64,000 bases of DNA from Paraspadella gotoi (taxonomy: Eukaryota; Animalia; Chaetognatha). Under the pieces are notes generated by a model. The model saw only the letters and a list, made by a program, of their open reading frames with translations. It ran no database searches and was not told the DNA's origin. Made by a program: the position numbers and the translations under genes. The DNA lies in the NCBI GenBank assembly GCA_051294375.1, contig CM119269.1:2658699-2722698 (forward strand), read 5' to 3'. Shown one piece after another: positions 1-11,200 of this stretch; positions within the stretch are counted from its first letter, which is position 1, and every line of letters starts with the position of its first letter.

Positions 1-50
1 CGTCGCCTCATATCCCATGGGTCTCGGCTTCGAATCCTCGCACCTGACGA
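1..50 (+). mobile_element. Possible tRNA-derived SINE fragment (truncated by window edge)
   Basis: TCGCCTCATATCCCATGGGTCTCGGCTTCGAATCC aligns loosely with TCGCCTCCCAACCCAAAGGTCCGGGGTTCTATCC at ~60775. Confidence 0.3.
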
Positions 51-823
51 ACTGCGGTGGTTGAAGCTATCGGCCCGGTTCTTGTTCCCGCTTCGTCAAG
101 AACTGACTTTCGGATGGCAGATTCTCTTTTAAAACAATTCGGAATTTATGTTTACGTTTATAAAATTTGGAAAAGCAATTTAATGATTATCTAATGTCTA
201 ATGTAATTTAATAGATTATCTATGCCTCTTAAATTTGAACATTTGGACTCCATGCTTAATAAACATATTTCTTTGCCCAGTCATTTAGACATTGAAACAT
301 TATAGAAACTCTATCAACTAATAGTAAAACGTTTAATGTTGCGCAAATAATTCGGCATTGACTGCACAAAATGCATGAGTGGCAATTTTTCATTCAGGTT
401 TTTGATCGCGCGACATCGTCGGATTTACCGCGGCGCCAAAACACTTCCGGTTTCCATCTGCGTCTTAACCATCGGTAAGGAGAGAGAGAGAGAGAGACAG
501 AGACAGAGAGAGAGAGAGACAGAGACAGAGAGATGGTAACTACTTCAACCCTCTCTTCATCGTATGTCTTCCCAGAAAGCTCTGAGCGAAAAACACTCGA
601 TCACAGGTAGATGACGAATTTCTGAGAAAAGACGTGAGAAATAAATATCTTCGGGAGACCGACCGACCGACTGATGGACGGAAACATTAATTAACGGATT
701 GACCGAAGTGTTTTTAAAACTTAATAACCATCTTTGTTAGTAAAAAGAAGCCTAGAAGAGAAAGGCTTCACCTTTTAAGTCCGCGATAACGAAAGACTTC
801 GATCCGCTAAGAGGAGAGAGGAG

Positions 824-867
<44 letters not shown>

Positions 868-876
868 AGAAGAGAG

Positions 877-907
<31 letters not shown>

Positions 908-2426
908 CCTTGAGATCGGCAGGGAATATAATCTATATGCAAAATCTCCGGTCCGGCGTTAGAGAGTCGAGTTATGGCAAATTAAGTCTGATATAATCTT
1001 TAATTTTGAGACAGGGCGGAAAAATTTTGGGGGCGGGAGGAATAAGTGAGAATATGTGCGAGGAGAAATTGGAGGAGGGAAGGAAGAGAGTGAGAGAGAG
1101 AGAGAGAGAGAGAGAATGACGTATCACGTCGTAAACACGGAGCGAATACCGCCATACCGGTGAAACGTTTGCCCCTTACTTCGGCTGCTCGTTTATCGCC
1201 CAGAAACTGTGACAGGAGCGTTCAAATCACGGGGGAATAAAGTAACAGTGACTCGGCGGTGACGAGAGAGTCACGTGACATTCACGCGATGGTGAAAGTA
1301 CAAATGAACTCAATACCAATAAAAGCGACGAAACAGATAAAAAAGCAGACGCCCGAACGGAATTAAGAGTCATTCAGACCGCAAGCGAAAACTTCTGAGG
1401 ATTGGGTTCTGGTGAAAATCTTTATCTTCCGCTTATCTCCGGAGTTTTCTTTCTTTTTATTCCAATTCTTTTTCTTTATCTCTTTTTCTTTTTTTTTAAT
1501 TTTCTCCTCTTTCTATCCTACGTTTTCTCTTTCTCTCTTTTTCTGTTCCTCTCTTTTTCTTTGTTTCTATCTCTCTTTCCTGCTTTTGCTTTTTCTCTTC
1601 TCTCTTTCCTCTTCTCTCAGTTCTCTCAGATCTCCCTACTTTCTTTCCTCCCTCCTCTTTTCTCCTTTCCTCCCTCCTCTTTTCTCCTTTCCTCCCTCCT
1701 CTTTTCTCCTTTCCTCCCTTCCTTCCCAACCTCTTCAACGTTATTCCACTCTTTTCCTCTCGTTCGAGTCATATCGTCTTCTCCAGCCTACGGTTTCCTT
1801 TCTCGTTTCTCTTATCGCTGTCTCCTTCGTACTTTCTTTTTACAATCGGTATTCCTTCTTTCCTTCTCTTCTCCTTTCTTCTTTTCTCTTCTCTTCTCTT
1901 CTCTTCTCTTCTCTTCTCTTCTCTTCTCTTCTCTTCTCTTCTCTTCTCTACTTTACTCTCCTCTGTTTCATTCTAATTTCCCATTGAGCTTTTTTTTAAA
2001 TTTCCACTTTTCCAACTTTCTCTTTTTATGTTTTTTTTCTTTTCTTCCTTCTTCTTCTTTCTTTCTTCTCTCTTTTTCCTTCTCTCTCTTATATCTCTCT
2101 CCTTACCATTTCCCTTAACTTCCACCACTGTATCCCCTCCCCGCAACGCGTTCATCAATCGCCTTCGTGCATCTTATAAACGGACTCCTTCCCTATCCAG
2201 ACTTCCTCTCCACCTTCTTTGCCCCTTGCCCTCCTCAGACGACGGTATTATCTCTCTCTCTCTCTCACTCTCTCTCTCCTGTCCTCTCTTCTCTCTCTCT
2301 CTCGTCTTCTTCTCCTCTCTCTCACTTTTTGCCATCCCCCCCCTCAAACGTTTACTCCTCTCTCTCTCACTTTTGCCCTCCCCCTAAAATCTAATTATCT
2401 TCTCTCTCTCTCTCTCTCTCCTCTCT

Positions 2427-2472
<46 letters not shown>

Positions 2473-3239
2473 TCTGCTACTACCGAGGAAAAAAAAATCG
2501 CAAAAATGTGTGTGTGTCTTTTCCATTTAAACCGCGATAGACTTATCATATTCTCAGCTATTTTCCAGGCAAAATAAACAGTGATACTCTCCTTCTTTTA
2601 NNNNNNNNNNNNNNNNNNNNNNNNNNNNNNNNNNNNNNNNNNNNNNNNNNNNNNNNNNNNNNNNNNNNNNNNNNNNNNNNNNNNNNNNNNNNNNNNNNNN
2701 NNNNNNNNNNNNNNNNNNNNNNNNNNNNNNNNNNNNNNNNNNNNNNNNNNNNNNNNNNNNNNNNNNNNNNNNNNNNNNNNNNNNNNNNNNNNNNNNNNNN
2801 NNNNNNNNNNNNNNNNNNNNNNNNNNNNNNNNNNNNNNNNNNNNNNNNNNNNNNNNNNNNNNNNNNNNNNNNNNNNNNNNNNNNNNNNNNNNNNNNNNNN
2901 NNNNNNNNNNNNNNNNNNNNNNNNNNNNNNNNNNTAATAGAGAGATGGAAAGAGAGAGAGGGGAAAATGAGAGAGCGCAGATCGACAGTAGCTGAAATTC
3001 CCATTTCGAGAGAATGTAAACAAATACAAGTTTGTTTACGTAGCATGTTTGCCGACNNNNNNNNNNNNNNNNNNNNNNNNNNNNNNNNNNNNNNNNNNNN
3101 NNNNNNNNNNNNNNNNNNNNNNNNNNNNNNNNNNNNNNNNNNNNNNNNNNNNNNNNNNNNNNNNNNNNNNNNNNNNNNNNNNNNNNNNNNNNNNNNNNNN
3201 NNNNNNNNNNNNNNNNNNNNNNNNNNNNNNNNNNNNNNN

Positions 3240-3275
<36 letters not shown>

Positions 3276-5735
3276 TGGTAGACTTCCGAAATTGGAGTAT
3301 TACAAAAATACACAATAGTTTTTGGCATCGGAGAAAAAAAAGGGGGAATACAAATACAATTTTTTTGAGTAAATACATTAGGTTAAATAACTCGAAATAT
3401 AAGTAGCATTAACCGATTTAAATGTATAGCCTTAGGAATATCGAAATATTTCTCATCTTGGTTTAAAGTTTCAAAGAAGCCCTTGACAATTTTTTTTCGA
3501 AAAGGATCAACGTTTTAAACTTCATTTTTTTGAAAAAAATACTATTGTTAAAAAATATCTATTTTTCGAGGGAAGACGAACACCCTACTATTTTTTGTAA
3601 TAAACTGTCGGATATTTAACCTTCTTTTTTAAATTCTCTCCCTCCCACTCAACTCCACATCTCATCACATCACACCACTCCACACCACACCACTCCACAC
3701 CANNNNNNNNNNNNNNNNNNNNNNNNNNNNNNNNNNNNNNNNNNNNNNNNNNNNNNNNNNNNNNNNNNNNNNNNNNNNNNNNNNNNNNNNNNNNNNNNNN
3801 NNNNNNNNNNNNNNNNNNNNNNNNNNNNNNNNNNNNNNNNNNNNNNNNNNNNNNNNNNNNNNNNNNNNNNNNNNNNNNNNNNNNNNNNNGGGCTGCGTCT
3901 CTCCGCTCTCGCCGCTCCCGCCGCGCCCATCCTTGCCCTCGCACCTTACCTTCTCTTCAAGGCGGGGACGACGGCTAAAAAGTAAGTTCGTCTAGATATT
4001 TGCAATTACTTTTTTTTTTCGTTATTAAATCTTGATTTTTTGGATGGTTTTTGAAGATTGTAATTACTAGTAATACTAATACGAGTCTTAGACTTTAGAG
4101 GTCAGTCTTATACATTAGTCCTTACTACTTACTCTTCATTCAAAATAGCATTCGACGAAAAATTATGACACAGATCGTATTTACCTCCTGCGCCGATTTT
4201 TTTTAAAAAACGTAGTCATCTTCTCAAACATAAATTTGTTATCAAAATATAATTCTTCATGCGAGATAATTAGGCATTCTGCCTTTCTGCCTTTCTTCGA
4301 GTTCAAGTCGTTGCCAAGTTAGTAACAAAATAATGAGAAAAGTGAAATGAGATAAGAGTTGAAAAAAAGAAAGAAAGAGAAGGAGATCATAAACATTAAA
4401 AAAGTATATAAAAATATATGTCACGGCGATTTCTGTCGCGCTGATTAATTCAACGGAGAAGAGGACGAAGCGAAGAGAAAAAAAATTATTTATTGTCCAC
4501 GATGAAAATGTATTTGATTAATTCGCCCTGGAATTTATTTACAGTTTATCATTAATTAGCTTTAAAATTTTTTTTCGATCTGAGATCGGTTATCAATGAA
4601 GCAATGAAAAGGAATTTAGTGTTTTATCGTCTCATGATTGAGTCCGATTGCTGATACTATTAGTTACGCTATCAACATTCATTGTCCATTTGCTATGCAT
4701 CTGTTTCTTGCTCCAGCTGCCCTTCATATTTTTATCGGTTGCTTTCAACAGCAAATAATTGTTCTCGTCGGTTCGCTGTCGTCGCCCTCATTGTCTTTGC
4801 CCGCTTCGCCCACCAACTTGTTTTATTCCCGATAACAACAATGGTTAAGGCAAAAAAACCATAAAACCATATACCGTTTGATTAAACTCGTGAAAAATGA
4901 ATTAGATAATAATTTTNNNNNNNNNNNNNNNNNNNNNNNNNNNNNNNNNNNNNNNNNNNNNNNNNNNNNNNNNNNNNNNNNNNNNNNNNNNNNNNNNNNN
5001 NNNNNNNNNNNNNNNNNNNNNNNNNNNNNNNNNNNNNNNNNNNNNNNNNNNNNNNNNNNNNNNNNNNNNNNNNNNNNNNNNNNNNNNNNNNNNNNNNNNN
5101 NNNNNNNNNNNNNNNNNNNNNNNNNNNNNNNNNNNNNNNNNNNNNNNNNNNNNNNNNNNNNNNNNNNNNNNNNNNNNNNNNNNNNNNNNNNNNNNNNNNN
5201 NNNNNNNNNNNNNNNNNNNNNNNNNNNNNNNNNNNNNNNNNNNNNNNNNNNNNNNNNNNNNNNNNNNNNNNNNNNNNNNNNNNNNNNNNNNNNNNNNNNN
5301 NNNNNNNNNNNNNNNNNNNNNNNNNNNNNNNNNNNNNNNNNNNNNNNNNNNNNNNNNNNNNNNNNNNNNNNNNNNNNNNNNNNNNNNNNNNNNNNNNNNN
5401 NNNNNNNNNNNNNNNNNNNNNNNNNNNNNNNNNNNNNNNNNNNNNNNNNNNNNNNNNNNNNNNNNNNNNNNNNNNNNNNNNNNNNNNNNNNNNNNNNNNN
5501 NNNNNNNNNNNNNNNNNNNNNNNNNNNNNNNNNNNNNNNNNNNNNNNNNNNNNNNNNNNNNNNNNNNNNNNNNNNNNNNNNNNNNNNNNNNNNNNNNNNN
5601 NNNNNNNNNNNNNNNNNNNNNNNNNNNNNNNNNNNNNNNNNNNNNNNNNNNNNNNNNNNNNNNNNNNNNNNNNNNNNNNNNNNNNNNNNNNNNNNNNNNN
5701 NNNNNNNNNNNNNNNNNNNNNNNNNNNNNNNNNNN

Positions 5736-5771
<36 letters not shown>

Positions 5772-8153
5772 CCAGATTATTGTTGAGATTCAGTTTGGGA
5801 GGTTATCAGATATTTGGTTTGAGAAAGAAAGAGATCGAGAGAAAGAGACACACTTAGTTCCCTCATTTATTTATGATTTCTTTTTTGAATGATATATAAA
5901 TAATGTTTAAATTCAGGGGAAAGATAGCTTATTTATTAAATGAATGGATATTTTTTATATTGGTTGTACCAATTTCATATATATCTCCACTGAATATATT
6001 TTTTTTTAAATTTGCACGTTCGCTATTAACCAGTTACCACAGAGTATTTAATATGTTAGTCATCAAACTTCCAATTATTCAGAGCTTTAGAACTCGGACC
6101 ACCTGCAAGAAATATCTATTTATGCCCCTACATCTGCCATCCTTCTTCCGACATTGCCACTCTTCTTCCACCACTGCCACTCTTCTTCCGCCACTGCCAC
6201 TCTCTTTTAACTTTCCACAACCTCGCCAGACACGAAGCGCGAACTCGCGAACTAAATTTATCACCTGCGATTAATTCAAATCGTAAATATTTACGCGGAA
6301 AAATTTAAAGAGTGCGCGATTACAGATGCAGGCATANNNNNNNNNNNNNNNNNNNNNNNNNNNNNNNNNNNNNNNNNNNNNNNNNNNNNNNNNNNNNNNN
6401 NNNNNNNNNNNNNNNNNNNNNNNNNNNNNNNNNNNNNNNNNNNNNNNNNNNNNNNNNNNNNNNNNNNNNNNNNNNNNNNNNNNNNNNNNNNNNNGAGAGA
6501 AGGAGAGAGAGAAAAAATCTTAGAAATGCTATTGAAATAGGTAAACGAATATAAAGATCATCCATTCATAAAATGTTTATCATACGTGCAACAAAGATAT
6601 TCGTAAATTCCATTGTTTTATTTCGAATGACGCACGTAGGTCTAAGAGAGATGATATCAAATGCGGAGACTCGACGACGTGGACGACGACGACGGCGACG
6701 ACGACGACGGCGACATTGTTTTTTATTTTCTTCCCCTCTGGGTCTCCAACGTCCGAACGATCTTTTTCTTTTCGAATCAAAAATTATTTCTTCATCCGCT
6801 TTTTCCCCTAGCGGCTCCTTAATTAATTAATCAATCGTAATTCCTTTTCCTTTTTCTTTATATCTTTTCTTTCTCCCCTGTAATTTTTCTCGCTCNNNNN
6901 NNNNNNNNNNNNNNNNNNNNNNNNNNNNNNNNNNNNNNNNNNNNNNNNNNNNNNNNNNNNNNNNNNNNNNNNNNNNNNNNNNNNNNNNNNNNNNNNNNNN
7001 NNNNNNNNNNNNNNNNNNNNNNNNNNNNNNNNNNNNNNNNNNNNNNNNNNNNNNNNNNNNNNNNNNNNNNNNNNNNNNNNNNNNNNNNNNNNNNNNNNNN
7101 NNNNNNNNNNNNNNNNNNNNNNNNNNNNNNNNNNNNNNNNNNNNNNNNNNNNNNNNNNNNNNNNNNNNNNNNNNNNNNNNNCTCTCTCTCTCTCTCTCTC
7201 TCGCTCTCTCTCTCCACCTATCTCTTTTCCCATCCCCAACAGTCTTTCCCTATTTGATCTTTCCTTTTTCTCGTGCTTGACCCGAAGTGAACCAAGGCTG
7301 TTTTATTTATCCCACCCTTGTTCTCTTTCCTCTCTCTTCTCTTCTCTTTTTATTTCTTTTCTACTCGATGACATTTAATGAGAATCGCGAATCAACGAAT
7401 AAGACAAGCGAGAAGATCCAAAGAGATGCAAGGAGATGCAAGGAGATGTAGGAAAACACCGGGAGATAATAAGCTGCAGCATCATTCTCAGAAATGAGTG
7501 AAAAACTGTTGTCAGTTGTACGTAGATTTAGGGAAATGCCGAACCAATTGTATGCACATACCAAGAGTTATAAACATATATGAACAATTGAACATAATCA
7601 AAAACAGAAATATTTTTTCAAAAAATAAAAACTAAAAAATACCCGTTTTCTCATTCGTTGCTGATTTGTTAGTGAAGTTCTTAAACCAAAATGTGAATCG
7701 TGAATAGAAAGAGTGAAAAATTCATAGAAAGAGAAAGAGGGAGATGTATGTACAATGTATATTGTACAATGTACAATAACGAGAAAAAGAATTGAAAAAA
7801 TATAGAGAAAATAATTGAAAAACTAAGAACCAAACAACCTTAAAGACGATATCAAATTCTACGCTTTACAGTTCGAGGCCATTGATTACTGCTGAAGCTC
7901 ACAACAAAATGACAATTGCGAGGTAAAACCAATGAAATGAGTTTCTAATATTGATGGGTTAAGATTTTTTCATAACTAAATCAGACTGGGTCGTTGAGAC
8001 CTTGACCACATGAAAAAAAATGGGGAAAAATGATCTCAACTATCACAGAACGAAAAAAAATCATTGGGAATCGATTCAAAGGCAAAAAAAAAGAATTGTC
8101 CATAAAACAATTAGAGCAATTGGACGAGAAAAAGGAGGGCCAGTGGCCAATCA

Positions 8154-8270
<117 letters not shown>

Positions 8271-8501
8271 ACTTCGCTTTCACTCGGGTAAAAAGGCGGA
8301 AATTGAATGCAAGAATTGCATTGTTTTCAGAAGCAAACGGTTGGATGGTCAGACATCAACGGTTTAAATCGGCAGTTGCAGACACAAGGCATAACACAAG
8401 TCATATTCATTCAGGGTCAGCTATACTGCTTATTAAATTATAAATTTATTAGATGATAAAAGACGTTTTAAATTGTTCAAACAACGATTTTATTAGTGTA
8501 A

Positions 8502-8546
8502 GACGGACATGTTTCGTCTTTAATTGTACAAGCCTTCATCGGCGTC
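8502..8546 (-). ncRNA. Minimal type I hammerhead ribozyme-like motif, minus-strand twin (one stem II mismatch)
   Basis: Reverse complement reads GACG-CCGATGA-A-GGCTT gtacaatta AAGAC-GAAA-CATG-TC-CGTC. Confidence 0.55.
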
Positions 8547-8678
8547 AAAGATGTTTGTGAAATTTCAAACAAAGTTTGTGCAAAGGAAAGGAGAGAGAGA
8601 GAGAGAAAGAGAGAGAGGGCAAAGTTTCCAACTCCTTTCCTTTGCACAAACTTTGTTTGAAATTTCACAAACATCTTT

Positions 8679-8723
8679 GACGCCGATGAAGGCTTGTACA
8701 ATTAAAGCCGAAACATGTCCGTC
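8679..8723 (+). ncRNA. Minimal type I hammerhead ribozyme-like motif (variant core CCGAUGA)
   Basis: GACG-CCGATGA-A-GGCTT gtacaatta AAGCC-GAAA-CATG-TC^CGTC: stem I GACG/CGTC, stem II GGCTT/AAGCC, palindromic stem III ACATGT, predicted GUC cleavage after 8719; AATAAA ~11 nt downstream. Confidence 0.65.
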
Positions 8724-8910
8724 TTACACTAATAAAATCGTTGTTTGAACAATTTAAAACGTCCTTTATCATCCAAACACAACGAAACGAAAGGAAATAA
8801 CGATGTCTAAATTTATTAGAATACGACCGGTACTAAAATTTATTTTGACTTTAGTATGGAGAGAAAATAAAATTTATTTTTGTTTTGGTTTTTTTTTTTT
8901 TAATTCACAT

Positions 8911-8952
8911 TACACTGAAGAAGACTCGAAAAAGAGTCGAAACATGTCCGTT
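8911..8952 (+). ncRNA. Minimal hammerhead ribozyme-like motif with canonical core
   Basis: CTGAAGA-A-GACTC gaaaaa GAGTC-GAAA-CATG-TC^: canonical CUGANGA/GAAA, perfect 5-bp stem II, same CATG stem III and a similar AATAAAA..GTTGTTTG tail; stem I pairing is weak. Confidence 0.6.
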
Positions 8953-9902
8953 TAACAATAAAACTTGTTGTTTGTAAACAAAAAAAATGTATTTCTTTCA
9001 CTTTCACTTTTCACCACACCACACCTCACCACAACTCAACACATCACACTTCATCACACCTCACCACACATTAGATCACATCGTAATTCCTATAACGAAA
9101 ATTCACATATGATCTTAAAACACAAACTTTGTTTTCTCTCTTAATTTTAAACGCAACGAATCAAAAGTCTTTACTCCTTGACTTTAGTCAGTCAACAAGT
9201 TATAAATTTTAATAAAATTAAAAATAAATCAAAAAGTAGATTCTCAATCCCCAATTTAGCCAAAAGAATGCTTGTTTACTTTTTTGGTTTTGTTTTTACT
9301 TCTTTTTTCTTCAGTTTATTCCCATCATGATAATTTAATTTTCTCCATAAAAAGAAATCTAATAGCAAAAAAAGTTAACCTCTCGAGGCCAACAAGGGGC
9401 AAAGCGTTTAGGGCATTCGAAAATCGGGCATCTAGAGATTCGGCGAGGGCAATTTGATTATGGATGTAGTCCTTTCTTCGAAGGGCGCCCGCGCCCGAGG
9501 ATAAAAATGTCTGACGACTACAACGACGACGACAACGAAAACTACGTCGACCTCCGTTTACCCTCGAAGGGACTTCAGCGCCTCCCCTCCCCCCTGAACG
9601 AGCTCAACCTTTTAAGCCTTATCTTTCTCCGTCGGGGCTTCTCACATCCCACCCCCCAAATCCCTTAGCCCCCCCACCCTCTTTTTTCTTCACGCTTGAG
9701 TCGATCTCGAGGCCAGACAAATGTAGCTTTCTTATTCGCGCGGTCACTCATTTCTGTTTATTCTCTTTCATCCTTTCTCTTTGTTCATGCTTATCTTATT
9801 CCCTTTGCTATTTTTTCCCCTTTTTATCATATTTATTTATTTCTTATCGATAATCGGTTTATTTACTTTAAGTTAGGCTTAATAAGTAACTTATCAATAT
9901 TA

Positions 9903-9967
<65 letters not shown>

Positions 9968-10509
9968 CGAAGCGTCCACAGTTTTCGTACGTATCTTTCA
10001 GGGTTTGCGAAAAGTTTTCCACACTTCCAAGTTTTAACCTTCCTTAACATTCCTTTTTTCCACTCATTTCTAACTCTTCCTTCTTTCATCTCCACAACCA
10101 AACGATGTCTTCTCTTCTTATTTCACTTCATCTTTCCACTTTTACAACTCCCCACTTCTCCATCTTACAATCTTTCCTCTTTCACTCATTCACTCGGAAG
10201 TAAATCTTCACGCGTAAAACGAGATTTAAGTCTGTCGTCGGGATTTCTCCGTGCCCGCGGCGCTGCCGCTCGCAGTCCCACTGCTCTCGGTACAGAATGG
10301 TATAAATGTGACTCCTTCAGGAGCCCATCAACGTCTGATTTCATGCTGCAATTATTTACAATTTTTGTAACGACTCGACGCAGCAAATTGCAGCATCCGA
10401 AGGATTTAAGAAGACTCGTCCCCTGCGGAACTAAATTTCTTCCCTCGTCGGAGTGTCATTCCTTGAAACGGCAGTGGCGGTTNNNNNNNNNNNNNNNNNN
10501 NNNNNNNCT

Positions 10510-11200
10510 GCAGCAATAAAGTAGATTTTAAGCTAATAAGTCCCTTAAATTTGTAAATCGGTGTGCTGGAATTTTAAGATTGAATTAATTAAGCTGGATA
10601 TTGATATTATTAAATTTGTAATATCGTAATTAAGAAATTCAAATTAAGCTTAAGATTAATGCGAGTATGCGGCTTGATCTTAGAAGGATTGATTTAAGCT
10701 TAGATTGTTAGCTGTTGCATTAAGATTGATTAAGCTTATTTGTAGATGCGGCTGATTTTTAAGATTGATTAAGCTTTGATTGATTTAAGCTGATAAGATT
10801 TGATTAAGCTTGATTTTAGGATGCGCTTGGTTTTAAGATTGATTAAAGCTTGAGATTATTAAGGCTTGATTAAGATTGATTTAAAGCTTGATTTGTGAGA
10901 TGCGGCTTGTTTTAAGATTGATTTAAGCTTGATGATAAGCTTGATTTTAAGACTTGATTAGCTTGATTTGTAGATGCGGCTTGATTTTAAGATGATTAAG
11001 CTTGATTGATTAAGCTTGATTAGATTATTAAGCTTGATTTGTAGATTTGCGGCTTGATTTTAAGATTGAATTAAGCTGATTGATTAGCTGATTAAGATGA
11101 TTAAGCTTGATTTTGGGGATGCGGCTTGATTTAAGATTGATTAAGCTTTGATTGATTAAAGCTTGATTAAAATTGATTAACTTGATTTTGTAAGATGCGG
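10510..11200. repeat. Minisatellite, ~75-bp unit built from TTGATTAAGC subrepeats, at least 8 copies
   Basis: (TGTA)GATGCGGCTTGATTTTAAG recurs near 10666, 10745, 10820, 10899, 10973, 11045, 11118 and 11194; copies degrade towards the N-gap. Confidence 0.9.

Larger units (their letters stand above)
8452..8773. repeat. Near-perfect palindrome: 142-bp arms (8452-8593, 8632-8773), 38-bp (GA)n-containing spacer; Penelope-like inverted pLTR or foldback element
   Basis: Arms are reverse complements with two mismatches by eye; the ORF track gives nearly identical peptides on both strands (8477-8701 - and 8524-8748 +). Confidence 0.95.

Noticed and set aside
1402-2530. Long F/L/S-rich ORFs
   Set aside because: Translations of a pyrimidine-rich low-complexity tract and (CT)n/(CTCTT)n repeats.
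2554-7239. ORFs spanning X runs (also at 43290-44848 and 61522-62083)
   Set aside because: Open only because N-gaps contain no stop codons.
8477-8748. Twin 74-aa ORFs on opposite strands
   Set aside because: Consequence of the DNA palindrome; no protein motif recognised.
10510-11200. CRISPR-like regular repeats
   Set aside because: No unique spacers, the units are wholly repetitive, no cas genes, eukaryotic context.
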